Origin: Convolutriloba macropyga
Taxonomy: Eukaryota
Direction of reading: 5' to 3'
Assembly: GCF_964194025.1 (NCBI RefSeq)
Contig: NC_134470.1
Span: 55,118,001-55,182,000, forward strand
DNA: 64,000 nucleotides
Below are positions 24,201 to 36,317 of this stretch, piece by piece. The position numbers were made by a program, and so were the translations under genes. Numbering within the stretch: position 1 is the first letter of the stretch; the number at the start of each line of letters is the position of its first letter. The notes under the pieces were generated by a model, which saw only the letters and a program-made list of their open reading frames with translations, did not search any database and was not told where the DNA came from.

Positions 24201-25125
24201 TTCTGACATGCCTTTGTTTTGGGACGCCTGGGATATTATGGATTATCACGCTGAAACTGGAGTTTGTGTAATTGCAAAAAGCCACAAAGTTGATCCACAA
24301 TCGTTGCAATTTTTCTTTGATGTCGGTGATAAATCATCCCTGGAAATGCGAGTGTTTTTGTCTAAATCTTCGCCAAATTTGGAGTTCCAGCTTAAGGTTG
24401 ATTGGCATGAAGCACACAAACTTCTGAAGGTAGAATTTCCCTTTAATTTAAGACCTTCGTGTTGTTATTACGGATCTCAAATTGGCTATGTTGAGCGGAC
24501 AAATACCATGAACACGTCTCAAGATACGGCAAAGTTTGAAGTTTGCGGGCACAAGTGGGCGGCAATGCAGCAATATGGTGTTGGTTGTGCTGTTCTGACA
24601 CCTGCCAAGTACGGGTTCCGAGCTCTGGAATCGACTTTGTCACTTTCGCTTTTAAGATCTCCAAAATCTCCGGACGCCAATGCAGATATGGGCCAACATA
24701 TCATAAATTACGCTCTGATGCCTTACCATGGAACCTTCCAAACTGCTGGTGTTCAAAAGCGAGCTGATCAGTTCAACCTAAAGTTCGATCCATTTTATGT
24801 TCAGATTCAAAACAGGCAATGGTTAGAGCAATTGGTGGCCTCTGCAGGCTCTCTTATCAGCATTTCAGCTCCTGCCGTGAGAATTGAAAGCTTTCAATGT
24901 GCGTTTGACCAGAACAATGTGTTTGTTTTGAAGTTGTCTGAGCAATTTGGTTCCGCCGTAAGTTGCACTGTCAAACTAAATACCGGTCTTTGTTTGAAGA
25001 GTTATCTTCTCTGTGACATTTTGGAGCGACCACTGCCCGGACAGGACTGGGAGATGGTTCCAACTTCTGGTGTGGAATTGACCTTTAAACCATTTAAACT
25101 TATTTGTCTTCTGCTTAAATTGTAA
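18205..25125 (+). CDS. MAN2C1: Cytosolic alpha-mannosidase 2C1 (GH38), 5 exons: 18205-18853, 19245-19877, 20154-20272, 22895-23037, 23538-25125; about 1043 aa
   Basis: N-terminus MADIVAPPFKNWRTTLERLEKF; Zn-binding GHCHIDTAWLWP; nucleophile motif FWLPDTFGYS; LFGFGDGGGGP; WVGELYFELHQGT; NQFHDVLPGS; FEVCGHKWA; SLLRSPKSPD. All four GT-AG introns are phase-consistent (1,1,0,2) and exons sum to 3132 nt. Confidence 0.95.
20542..20942 (+). mobile_element. Family A element, tRNA-cassette subtype (MAN2C1 intron 3)
   Basis: AATTGCTCTCGAACGAAG..AGCAATT; internal stem CGGAT-TTTT-ATCCG and B-box-like GGTTTGAACC; 3' GCGAGAGCAGATGCTCCGATGTTAGTCGGTTTGT. Confidence 0.7.
21138..21515 (+). mobile_element. Family A element, tRNA-cassette subtype, 3' hairpin missing (MAN2C1 intron 3)
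   Basis: AATTGCTATCGAACGAAG..AGCAATT; A-box-like TAGCCTAGTG and B-box-like GGTTCGCATCC; ends at TTCGAGAGCAATT. Confidence 0.65.
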
Positions 25126-25231
25126 ATATCCATATTCTGCTGTCATTTTGGAGGGTTGCTGGCAACTGTATTGTAGTAAGCTATTTGATAATATGAATTG
25201 TCATTAACTGATGTTCCCGGTTTAAATTGTA

Positions 25232-25237
25232 AATAAA
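25232..25237 (+). promoter_or_regulatory. Candidate polyadenylation signal of MAN2C1
   Basis: AATAAA (overlapping pair) about 107 nt after the stop codon. Confidence 0.5.
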
Positions 25238-25533
25238 TAAAATTTATCGAAGTTGTACATATGTTGGTAGTTTGAGTCAAGCATGACGTTATTTTTGGTA
25301 AATATTTGGTCGGTCGCAGAAGTAGCGGAGCGCTATTAGTAGCCTTCTTTCGATGTTTCAGTTTTTCATGCGGCTTTTAAGCACAATACTGTAGATGGCA
25401 ATTTTTGCTCATGTTGGAGCTGGTTCATTTACGGGCTCTTCACAAATGAAATACCTCTCTAAAAGCAACAAAGAGATGGGATACTTTATTTGGATGACTC
25501 AATTGAAGACATCAAATTCTAATTGAAGGTCAT

Positions 25534-26002
25534 TAATTGCTCTCAAACGAAGTTGGTTGCTTTTATATTAGCCCTGCCGGTCTTTATTATGCAATTTTTT
25601 GTTTGACTGATTTTTCGTCTGACCCTTTGACTTTTCGTCCTCAAAACGGGAAAAACCAGTGAAGACCGAAAGGCATTAAGTCGCTAAGCTGTTCTCTTAG
25701 AGCCTTACGCCTTACTAGTCTCTAAGTAGGCTATTCACGGAAACTGTTGTTGAGGCAAAAATTCAGTGTTAAGGGCCGGTCTGGGAGTTTAACCCCCCCC
25801 CCCCCCCCCAATCCACTCCACCTCCACTCTCCCTCGTCCGCCTCATTCCACTCGTAACCCCGAACTCTCGATCCCCCTCATCGCACCCCCACCGCTGCAC
25901 ACCCCTCAATTAATCTTAGCTGGTTTCCTTATTCGTAGCTGGCTACTGACAAAGCCAACCACTTGCCAGTCGTTTGAGAGCAATTAGCCCGACGTTAGCC
26001 AT
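25534..26002 (+). mobile_element. Family A HINE-like element
   Basis: AATTGCTCTCAAACGAAG; core CTCAAAACGGGAAAAACCAG..GGCATTAAG; poly-C tract; GTCGTTTGAGAGCAATTAGCCCGACGTTAG. Confidence 0.75.
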
Positions 26003-26112
26003 TCATATCTAATACAAACATAATTAACATTTCTAATTGTTACAGTTTCGGTTCTAGTTTTTTTGATAATATTCTCATCGATTAGTTTTTTATTGTCTCG
26101 CTTTACACTGTT

Positions 26113-26524
26113 TAATTGCTCTTGAACGCAGTTCATAGCAATTATTGTAAACGTGTGTCTTTTTTTTATGCAAAATTATCGCTTGACGGTTTTGACTTTT
26201 CGAGTGACTTTTACGCCCTTGACTTTTTGCATTTCGCGTGATCTAAAATTCTCTCTCAATCACAATTTCAAGCAGCTGAACTCAATTGGCGGCAATTTAA
26301 TACTAAAAGTCAAATAAAAAGTGCGCCGAAACTGGTGTCATTTTTTACTTTAAATCTTAATAGTGGTATATGTTAACCTCTAATATGGTTATTTGAAGCC
26401 CACTATAGAACTTCTTAGTCCCATTTAGGCTACCCCCCCCCCCCGACTGAAGCAGGCTGCAATTGATTAGAGCTCCCACTAGTCGTTCAAGAGCAATTCT
26501 TCCGACGTTTAGTCGGTTATGTTT
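26113..26524 (+). mobile_element. Family A element subtype, close copy of 41722-42119
   Basis: AATTGCTCTTGAACG..AGCAATT ... TCGTTCAAGAGCAATT, hairpin CCGACGTTTAGTCGG, TTATGTTT; long stretches shared with the 41.7 kb copy. Confidence 0.8.
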
Positions 26525-27587
26525 TTTATTGTCTCGAAGAGGAGCGCCGAAGTCATTTAGTCTACGACTCTAAAGACGTTATTGTGATGAGCTTTTTAAT
26601 CAGTGGAGCTAAAGTCGCAACAGGAAGTTCAGGGCCTAAAAGCTTGAATAAAAATAAATGTTGACTTGACGAACACATTCGATGAGGAGCAGATATTAGC
26701 AAGAGTGGTTTGTAGTTCAAATAAGTTTTTGAAAGGGAGCAAAAAAGAAGGGGTTAAAAATGTAAGCGAGGTAGACCTGAACATCTGGTAAATTGCGGCT
26801 GTTGTGAAGACACTTTTGTACCTATCAGTTTTAACTTGAAGTGCATCAGACAAATTGGTGTTTCTTTGGCATGCATAATTGATGGTTAGGCGTTTAAATT
26901 TGTTTTGAAAAGAAACTTGCGCTTTTAAGTGCAATTAGAGCATCTTACCATTCTTACCTTTGGAGAGTCTTATATGCTTTTTCTTGTCTTAAATGAAACT
27001 TGAGTCCGAGGGGTATCGAATGGTTCGTCTTTCTGAGGTTTTTCGAACGATTGATTTGAATTTGATTAGTTTCGAATTATTTTTTGGACCAGAAAATTGT
27101 ACATAATTGAAATTTCGGAATGTTTTGGTCCAGTTTTTGAAGATCTTTGGTTCATTGTAAATTTGCACAATATTCGGACGTCAATTGTTTTTTTACAGAA
27201 GCTGTAATCTTGGTTGTGTTGCTGAAAAATATCAATTAAATAATTTTTTGCAGGCATTTTTAGAAACAAAGTTTTGTGTTTGTTGTTGCAATTTCTCTCG
27301 TGTTATGAGCAGGTAATGAGTTACTAAGAAAACGATTTTAATTTCAGATCCTTGGACTTTGGAAAAATAATTGCTTAAACATAATCTGTTGAATTTGTTA
27401 TTTTCACCACATAATTGAAGTTCCTCGAAAGCAGCTCCAAATACAGTAGCTCTGCTTGTTGTCCCTTTGTCTCAACTTCAGTTTTTTCTTGTTCCTTTTT
27501 AAACGTATTTACAAGAACAGATTTTTTGTCAGTTGAAAAAAATTGTATCTGTTGATTGTTGTATGCGTGGAATGGTCCTTAATTTCT

Positions 27588-27840
27588 TAATTGCTCTCAA
27601 ACGAAGTTTGTAGTAATCATATTAGTTCTGTTGGTCTTTTTATGCGATTTCTTGCTTGACCGATTTTTCGTCTGACCGATTTTACTTTTTGTCCTCAAAA
27701 ACGTAATAAACAGGTTGCGTCCAGTGGGCATTAAGTGCTCTTGGAGCCTCTCAGCTCATTAGTCTCAAAGTATGCGATTCACAGAAACTGTTTTGGAGAC
27801 TGATACTTATGGTGTGAAGGGCGGTTCTTAGAGGTGAACC
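27588..27840 (+). mobile_element. Family A element, 5' portion only
   Basis: AATTGCTCTCAAACGAAGTTTGTAG, core ..CCAGTGGGCATTAAGTGCTC, ending after GTGTGAAGGGCGGTTCTTAGAGG. Confidence 0.7.
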
Positions 27841-28459
27841 TCTTCTGCTGAATTAAAGGCAAAAAGTGGTGAGGAAAGAGTAGTTTTATTTTTGAAATGT
27901 TTTGATAAATAACGAGAAAAGTACGTTTAAATATAAGGTTTAAATGAGAACAGAATTTGTTTTACATGCGTTATTTTCCTAACAGCTTTCTCGAGACGGC
28001 AAAATTAATCTTTTTCTTCCAATTTTTCAAGATTTCTATTTTTGTACTTGTTTCGTTATTTTGAGTTTTCTCCTTTTTTTCAGCACGAAAAGAATATTCA
28101 TTGTTCAGTTAATGTTATCTTTAGGTTGCACCTTGCTTCCATCCGATTATTTAAGCTTATTCCTTACGTTCCTAACTGTTTTCTGTTAACACGGTTACAT
28201 TTTTTATTGGAATTTAAGAGGTTACCTTAGTCACTTGTTGAAATTACTAGGAACACAGCGTACAGAAAGACCAGTTAAGTTTTCAGAGACCGACCTCAAT
28301 ACAATTTTATTGTGAAACGAGACTAGGTCATGTGAAAGTACGCAGACATGTCTGGCGTACTCCTTTTTCTATGGGAACAATTTGCAACGTTCACTTGTAG
28401 CGAATGGATTCATTCAATATGGACTATTCTTCGAAGGCTTTCGTTAGCTATTCTTTTTT

Positions 28460-28962
28460 AATAGCGGCACAGTGATAGCTGGGGCTATTATCGGCCTTCT
28501 CTTGGTTTTTTTCGTCGTCGCGATTTTCGTTACGGCCATATGACGTCACAACGACTTCAAATCTGCTTTTTGTTCATTCGTTCATGCAATTTCAACTGAA
28601 GTGCGTTTGTGACGTCAATTTTCGCTCTTAGTGGAGCGAGTTTTTTTCATTCGCGTGTTTAAATTTTTGGTCACACTTGACTTACCTCACTCTCAAAAAT
28701 GACTTCCTCACTTTGAAATTGACTTTTATTTACTTTAATTCAAAGAGATACTGTCAAATGGGTGTGTGTCACTCTAAATGAAGGTTATTTGAGAGCAGCT
28801 AATAGAGGAAGCAAAATTTTATACAGATTTTTAATCAAAATATAACATATCAGCCTTCAATGAGAAGGCGAATTTTTTCGGTCTGCCTCTTTTACTGTTT
28901 TTTGGAGACTGCGGATCTACGAAGCTATTGCGGCTATTTTCTGACAATCTGCCAGCTATGTT
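28460..28962 (+). mobile_element. Family B HINE-like element (~500 bp form)
   Basis: AATAGCGGC..GGGGCTATT 5' fold-back; 3' GCGGCTATT, CTGACAATCTGCCAG hairpin, CTATGTT; close copy of 57041-57536. Confidence 0.8.
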
Positions 28963-29383
28963 CTCAAATTTGTCATCTTTGTCCATGTACATTGGTACAG
29001 TTGCGGAATTTTTTTGCGGTAGCGCGATTTTTTGCAAAACCGTTTTTCCAGAAATCCACATCCTACCATCGTTTAATAAATGATTTTTGTTCAGGAAGAA
29101 AGTTGTGTTGAATTTTCATCAAAAAGATCGTAGTATTTCTGATCATTTCGACGAATGAAAGTTTGCTCTTTTTCTAATTTAATAGTTAAATTTTTCGAAG
29201 TTGTTGAGGAGACCGATTAAAAAATAAAATAAGCGTTAGTGAAGTTCTCAGTTGTGTGTACTTTGAAAAGAGCTCTAGCGCTGAGAGTTTCGGGTGTGCG
29301 GGGATCTTTTTGTTGCTGGGAAGCCGTTCGACAGTATAAGAAAACGATTATTTTTCAGATTGAGTGTGCCTTTTTGAAAAATA

Positions 29384-31071
29384 ATGGCCAGGCGATACGA
29401 CTCACGTACGACTATTTTTTCACCAGAGGGAAGATTATACCAGGTGGAGTATGCAATCGAGACAGTCAACCACTCCGGCACCTGTCTGGGTATTCTAGCC
29501 AATGATGGGGTAATTCTGGGTTGTGAAAACAGAAATACGAATCCACTGTTAGACAATCTGTTCAGCAGTGAAAAGATATACAAAATCAGTGATCACTTAA
29601 TCTGTTCATTCGCTGGTCTCACGTCTGATGCAAATGTTCTGCTTACTGAGTTACGGCTTATTGCGCAACGGTTAGTTTGCAGAAGCATAGTAATGCGAGG
29701 TTGAAAAATGTCTGTTAATTCTATTTTCTTTTAGATGTTTTAAGAACATCAAAATTAGATTTTTATTAGAACATCGAATTTGCCAGGAATTGAGCGGCTA
29801 ATTTTGGCTGATTTTTTTACATGTCATCGAAATTTGCGATTGTAATGCCGTGAGCTTGAAAATAACAAAAAATAAATTAAAAATTCAGTGGATTTTTTTC
29901 GAATGAAATGATACTCCGTTCTTTCTTTTCTATTTTTTGAGGCGTTTGTTTTGGGAAGGAGACAGTTCTCAATTTCTGAGGTAACTTTTTAGATATGAAG
30001 TGCAGTTCCAAGAGCCAGTTCCAGTGGAACAGCTGATCAAACCCATGTGTGATGTGAAGCAGGCCTTCACCCAATTTGGAGGGAAGAGGCCCTTTGGAGT
30101 GTCCATTCTGTACATGGGATGGGATAAACACTACGGCTACCAGTTGTACCAAAGTGACCCTAGTGGTAATTACGGAGGATGGAAAGCCACCTGCATAGGC
30201 AACAATTCACAGAGGTTTGATGCTTTTGTATTGATGATCGGCGAGTTTCCGGTATGGGGCCCTGTACTATGATATAACTACTATTATAAAGGGGGGGGGG
30301 GGGGTTCATTGGTTCTCGCCACACTAAGCTATCTATAATGGCAAGAGAAGGATGCTCCAGAAGCAACTGTTTTATTTTATGGGGTTTTTATTAGACTGAA
30401 AAGAGATTTTGATTCATGCAGCGAATATTTCTGATATGTTAAGACTTACGGTAGGCTTGAAAAGTTCCGAGCTGCTTTTGAAAAAATTGGTGATAACAAA
30501 TAGATCTAAACTGAAAACTTCCTTGATTTGTTTGATATAAATATCTTTAAAGAATATACTTGTTCAAGTTAGAGTTATCGTGTGTTATTTCGAACAAAAC
30601 ATTTATATGGTGCTGTGGACATGATAGAAACGTTCCGTTTTCTGCTCCTAGATTCAATTGCAATAGGCAACTGTTTTCAACCGAAAATCCAACAGAAATA
30701 ATATTACAAAGTACTCTGAACATGTTAATACGTTCATTCTGCAAATTTCAAGTGATCACATTTTCTCGTGAAGGGATTCATGATACGTTTATTTTAGTGC
30801 TATCTCAATTCTAAACCAGGACTACAAGATTGGAGAGATGTCATTAGCAGATGCGAAACAGTTGGCAGTTAAGATATTCAGCAAGACACTTGACTTGGCT
30901 GAACTCACCCCTGACAAAATAGAACTTGCACAGTTGACCAAAGATGACAAGAGCAATTTGGTGTCAAAAGTTTTACCCAAATCTGAAGTTGAAAAGTTGA
31001 TTAAAGAATATGAAGCAAAGCGAGACGCGGAAGAGAAAGAAAAGAAAGACGCGGCAGGGTCATCCAAATAG
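29384..31071 (+). CDS. PSMA4: 20S proteasome subunit alpha type-4 (alpha3), 3 exons: 29384-29670, 29993-30214, 30798-31071; 260 aa
   Basis: [24 protein letters not shown]; [12 protein letters not shown]; [21 protein letters not shown]; LNQDYK. Both introns are GT-AG, phase 2 and in frame; exons sum to 783 nt. Confidence 0.96.
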
Positions 31072-32486
31072 TTAGTTAACTAGTTATGACATATCATGCT
31101 AGTTATGATAAATAGCCTTGCGTGTACAATTATCTGGATGTTTATTTTAATTGATCAGGAATGAAACTAAAATTTTGGAAAGGCTGAATTTGAGGGTATC
31201 TGACCTAATTGTATGTGAATTGTGATCCATTTAATAATTATGATGAAATATGTGATTGAGCTAAGTATCCTTACGTGTTCGATTTGACGAGAATATAAGT
31301 TTGCTAAAATTTATGTACCATTTTCCCTCTTAACCATTGTTGCAATTGATATGCTCAGTTTATTTTTTGTCTTCAAATTTTTTGATTGGTTTGACTGATG
31401 CTGTATTATTGATGTTTATTTCATGCAGGCTTCGTGAAGTTCAAGTTAAGCTCATTAGGTTGTAATGTTTAATCCTTGCTCTAATGTAGTTTTCTCAAAA
31501 CAATGAATTATACTTTTTCGTAGCAATTTAAAAATTAGGATGACATGGGAAATGGTTTCGAGGTGAAAGGTTTGAGGAATTAAAGGATATATAGGTGATG
31601 TGATGATGGAAGGGGGGGGGGGGTGGGGAGTTAGGTTGGAGGTGGGGAATGAATCGGGATTATAAGAAGTAGAACCGCACAATTCATTTCTTTTAAACAC
31701 TTCAGCTTAAGTCAAATTTTTTCAATAGACGCGAACCGATAGCTGGGGCTATTATTGGCCGTCTCTTGGTTTTCTACAATCCTAAGTATTTGGGTTGTAC
31801 TGATGTGCTGTCATTTTTTAACATATGTTGACGCTTTGTTTTCTCGTCAGTGAGAAGTCAAATTGAGAGTGGCAATTTTAATCACTTTGAAATAGTAAAT
31901 TTTCCCAGTACTTTAAAGTGGAGTGAGAAGTTAGTTTTTCAAAAAAAAAATTCTAGGTTTTTTTGAAAGCAATTTTTTTGCGTGCGGCAGTTTGACTGAT
32001 GAATATTCTCTTCAATGCTTTTGATATGATATATATGTTTTCTAATTGAGCCTATTAGCAATTGATTGAACTCATCGACGGGCAGCTAATGCTCTTTTTT
32101 TATTTTGACACAATTTTTTTGTTAAATATTATTGAAAATTTTTCCCCCTTCTTTTAATATCCGTTGTTTTATCGCCTTGTATCATTAATGACAGTATCAT
32201 TGATCGTTAATGAGGCATATATGTAACTAATTAAGTGTTTGAGTTTATGACACTTGTTTTCAAGACTTTGCCACTACTTGTACTCAAAATATTTTCATGA
32301 TTTTTTTTAAGTTTTGAGAGGCTCTGTTCTATTTGTTGTCTTATCATTTAATACCATCAAGGACAGGTCTTATATGTCAGTAATAGGATTTTTTTAACCG
32401 ATTTAATTGTTTTATTTGAAAGTTAATTCTTTCAATGACTTTGACTTTCATTCTTTTCATTTCAAGAAATTTTATCGAATTTTCTA

Positions 32487-32671
32487 GGTTATACGTGTCT
32501 TTATAGCTCAATTTGTTGTCTTCTCTTAGTCTCCCTAATAAAAATTTTCATCGGTCGCCAAGGATGCAAGACATTTTATCGCATTTTTGAGGTTATATGT
32601 GTTTTTATAGCTCAATTTGTTGTCTTCTCTTAGTCTCCCTAATAAAAATTTTTATCGGTCGCCAAGGATGC
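32487..32671 (+). repeat. Tandem duplication, ~104 bp period
   Basis: GGTTATA.GTGT.TTTATAGCTCAATTTGTTGTCTTCTCTTAGTCTCCCTAATAAAAATTTT.ATCGGTCGCCAAGGATGC twice (about 32487 and 32591). Confidence 0.85.
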
Positions 32672-33191
32672 TTAAATTAGTCGATTAACTAATGGTTTTA
32701 GTTTTTATTTACTTATACGCTTTTCGCGTTCTAGAGATTTTACTGAATTATTGAGTTTTTTAATTTCTTCTTGTACTTATACTGTTTTATCACTTTGTCT
32801 GATTAATGACAGATATCTTCGGGTGCTAATATGTAATTGGTGAACCTAATTAGTCGTTCGAGTTCATGGCAATTGTTTTTAAGGGTTTATGCACCTGCTG
32901 TTCGAGAAATAAAAATTGAGTTTCTGGTCTCAAGTGTTTTTGTTGTGGTCCTTCCACCTAATCTCGAAAGACACTCTGGTGCGGTGTAATTTGAGCCAAT
33001 TAACTGGCTCCAAAATTTAGCTAACGTGTTCTTTCTCTGAGATAGCATTTGTTATTGAAAGGTTTGTGATTGAGTTCCTCAAGGTTGTTGTTTAATGAAC
33101 TCATTCTAAGGACACATACAAACAATTTTTTCAAAAATTGTTGTATTTTTAGGCATTCTTGAAGCACTAAATATTTGAAAAGCAGTTTTTT

Positions 33192-34666
33192 AATAGCCGC
33201 GATGCGATAGCGGCTATTATTGGGGACATCGTTGCTTTTTAAAATTCAAAGAATCTGAAATGTATTGAGGCGCTGTCTTTTTTTAAAAAGATCTGTTCAC
33301 ACATTTTCATAATATTTGAAGATAATTGGAGTCGTGATTTTGGTCACGTTGAAACTGGAAATGGAGCGAAAAAGCGAGTGGTTTTGCGGCGTGAAAATGA
33401 TTCGCTCTAATTTTAAAGTACAGTGAGAAAACGGTGTTTGAACAAAAATTCGCTTTCTCACTACTGGTTTTTTTTGTTCACATGCGGCAATTTCACTTCG
33501 ATTTTTATGGTTTTTTTTTCAATTTTCGGAATAGGTTTTTTTCTAAATGGTTTTTCCAGTCCATTCATAGTTCATTCTACGCCTAGTTTTTTGTTTGAAT
33601 CAAATTTTCATTGCTCACTAGTGGTTTTTTGTGCACGTGTGGCATTTTGACATTGATTTTCTGTTTCTTTTTTTAATTTTTTTGATTTGATTTTTTTTAG
33701 AAATAGTTTATCCAATTCATTCATGGCCCGTTCTAGTTCTAGTCTTTTTTGTAGTCAATGAAAATTCTTTGAATTGTGCGTCAGGATTTGTCCTGCTTTT
33801 TTTTTAAGATCTGTTCACACATTTTCATGATTTTTTGAAGTCAAATTGGAGTAGTGATTTTGGTCACGCCGAAAGAGGAAGTGGAGCGAAAAAGCGAGTG
33901 GTTTTGCGGCATGAATTTTTTTCGCTCTAATTTTAAAGTAGAGTGAGAAAACGGTGTTTGAACAAAAATTCGCTTTCTCGCTAGTGGTTTTTTGTTCACA
34001 TGCGGCAATTTCACTTCGATTTTTACAGTTTCTTCGATTTTTTTTGGATCGAATTTTTTTCTAAATGGTTTCCCAATCCATTAATAGTTCATTTGAGGTC
34101 TAGTTTTTTGTTTGGTCAATGAGAATGCTTTGAATTGTACGTCAGGACTTGTCCTGCTGTGTTTTTTAATTCGTTGTCTCCATCGATGGTTCTTACCAGC
34201 TGACTTCTTGGAAATGACTTTTTCATTGACTTCAGTGAATTCTACTGCTTTGCAGTTAAATTTTGTGTGCTTGACGTCATTTCTGCTGTTAGGTGAATTG
34301 CGGGACTTACCTGAATAAAAAAATGACATCAGAACTCACTTATGGAACTTTAAATTTTATGAGCATTTACTAGTTAAAGATCAATAGTGTGCATGTAATT
34401 AGTGCCAAACTTATATGCCCTAAATCTTGAGTTTTAGTCCTGAGTTTTTTATTTCGAATATCAATTTTAAAAAAGCTCTTTTTATGGTTTTTTCCTTAGA
34501 CCGAATGTGTCGTAAAATTGACAGTCCGAATCTAACCCAAAAAGTCTAGTGGTCTATTAAAGGACTGGTGGTCGGTCTGTCTATCTTATTTCTTTAGTTG
34601 TTATATTTCATAGAAGGCCACAAGCGTCTATTGCGGCAACTTTCCGGCAATCTGCCGGCTATGTTT
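33192..34666 (+). mobile_element. Family B HINE-like element (long, with an internal direct duplication)
   Basis: AATAGCCGC-GATGCGATA-GCGGCTATT 5' fold-back; module AGATCTGTTCACAC..TGGAGCGAAAAAGCGAGTGG at about 33290 and 33808; 3' TTGCGGCAAC..CCGGCAATCTGCCGGCTATGTTT. Confidence 0.8.
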
Positions 34667-34714
34667 AATAATTTGAATTTTTGTCTTGGACGTTTACTGC
34701 TATGTTTTTTTGTC

Positions 34715-35118
34715 AAGATTTTTGTTATGCAATATCAACCGAATTGCGTGGGTGACGTCATTTTTCACTCTTAGTCAAGTTTTGGCTCAATTGCATGATT
34801 AAATTTTTCGTCACACCTGTCTTACCTCACTCTCAATAATGACTTCATCACTCTAAAATTGACTTTTCTTTAATTCCGGGAAATAAGGTCATGTGTGTGT
34901 ATGTTACTCCAATTAAAGGTTACTTAAGAGCAGCTAATATAAACAGCAACAAGTTATACAGATTTTTAAGCAAAATTTCTTTTTAATCGAACTTCTCAGC
35001 ATTCAATTAAACCAAGAATTTTTTGGTCTGGTTTTATTACTTTTTGATACTGCAGATCCACCAAGGGATTGCGGCTATTTTCTGTCAGCTATTGCTTACA
35101 ATCTGACAGCTATGTTTT
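34715..35118 (+). mobile_element. Family B element lacking its 5' end
   Basis: Core CTTACCTCACTCTCAA.AATGACTT; 3' GCGGCTATTTTCTGTCAG..AATCTGACAGCTATGTTT. Confidence 0.65.
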
Positions 35119-35159
35119 ACATATTAACGGAGTTAGATCAGTTCATTGCACTGTTTATT

Positions 35160-35495
35160 TTTCATTGACCAGGAACGAAATTTGAAGTAATTATCTTAAA
35201 CGTGTCTTTTTATGCAAAAGTTTCACTGCATGCTCGACTTCTCAATTTTTGAGTGATCTGAATTGCTCATATTCTGAATTTGTCTAAAGCAACAGTGTAA
35301 GATGGGACATTACAACGCCCTCATAGCTAAGTGAGTAATGATTTTGTCCAGCAAGGGGGAAGTCGTGGGTTTAAACCCCTCACTGGTTGGAATTTTTCTG
35401 CACCAATTATCTAGAATACAGCGCTCTCTGAATTAAATTGCTCCGAGAGCAATTTGTCATTCGAGAGCAATTTGAACGACATGTCGTTTTATGTT
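35160..35495 (+). mobile_element. Family A element, tRNA-cassette subtype (degenerate)
   Basis: GAACGAAATTTGAAGTAATTAT; A-box-like TAGCTAAGTG and B-box-like GGTTTAAACC; 3' TTCGAGAGCAATT followed by the ACGACATGTCGT palindrome. Confidence 0.55.
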
Positions 35496-36317
35496 TAAAA
35501 GCTGCTTTGGGGATAGCTGAGTGGAACAGTTATTGGCTTTTTCTTGTTTTCTATTTACGACTCTAGAGATTTTATGGTGATTTAGTTTTTAATCGGTCAA
35601 GTTGTTTTTAAACAGGATGTAGAAGTCAATGCCACTCGAAGAGAAACTTCGATTTTCACTTGTTTTAGAACAAACTTGAAGAGCAGAAAGAAGACCCAGT
35701 GGTGATTTTGTTTTGGTTTCGCTTTGAATTGGTTTCGTAAGATATTTTAGTAATATCTTTGTTAAGAGGAAACACTTTGAAATTCAAATGGTTTTGTTTG
35801 AAGCGGTTTCAAGTTGTTGGTCTTCGTTTTAATTTTTATATGTGTTATATGTCAAGCGAGCAGTCTTAGCTCCAACAGATGCATTATCAGAAGTTCTACA
35901 AATGATAAGACGTTGCATCTTTTACAGAATATTGTTAAAATTGATAAGGATTTTGAGTATTTGTTTCTTCCTTTCTTGTTCGCTCATTGTTTTTTGTTCT
36001 TTTACACCTGGTGGCAAGTTCCTTAAGGAACAGAATATTGACTTATCGTATGGTGTGTTGGGTATTAAAAATATTAGATTGTTGAAAGACTTGGCTGTGC
36101 TCTTTTTTTAATAAAAAGGTTCTCCTTTTCCTTGAAATTGAATGGTTTGAGAAAGTAAATGGCTTATACAGTTTAGTGAATAGTTCTTTGGCGCTCGAGA
36201 CAAGTTTTTACTTCGAGTCAATTACGGGGTCTGTCAGCTATGTTTTTTTTACCGGAAATACCCAAGATTGATAAGGACGTTGATCAATGTATATTGTTAA
36301 AATGTGATCTATGTTAG

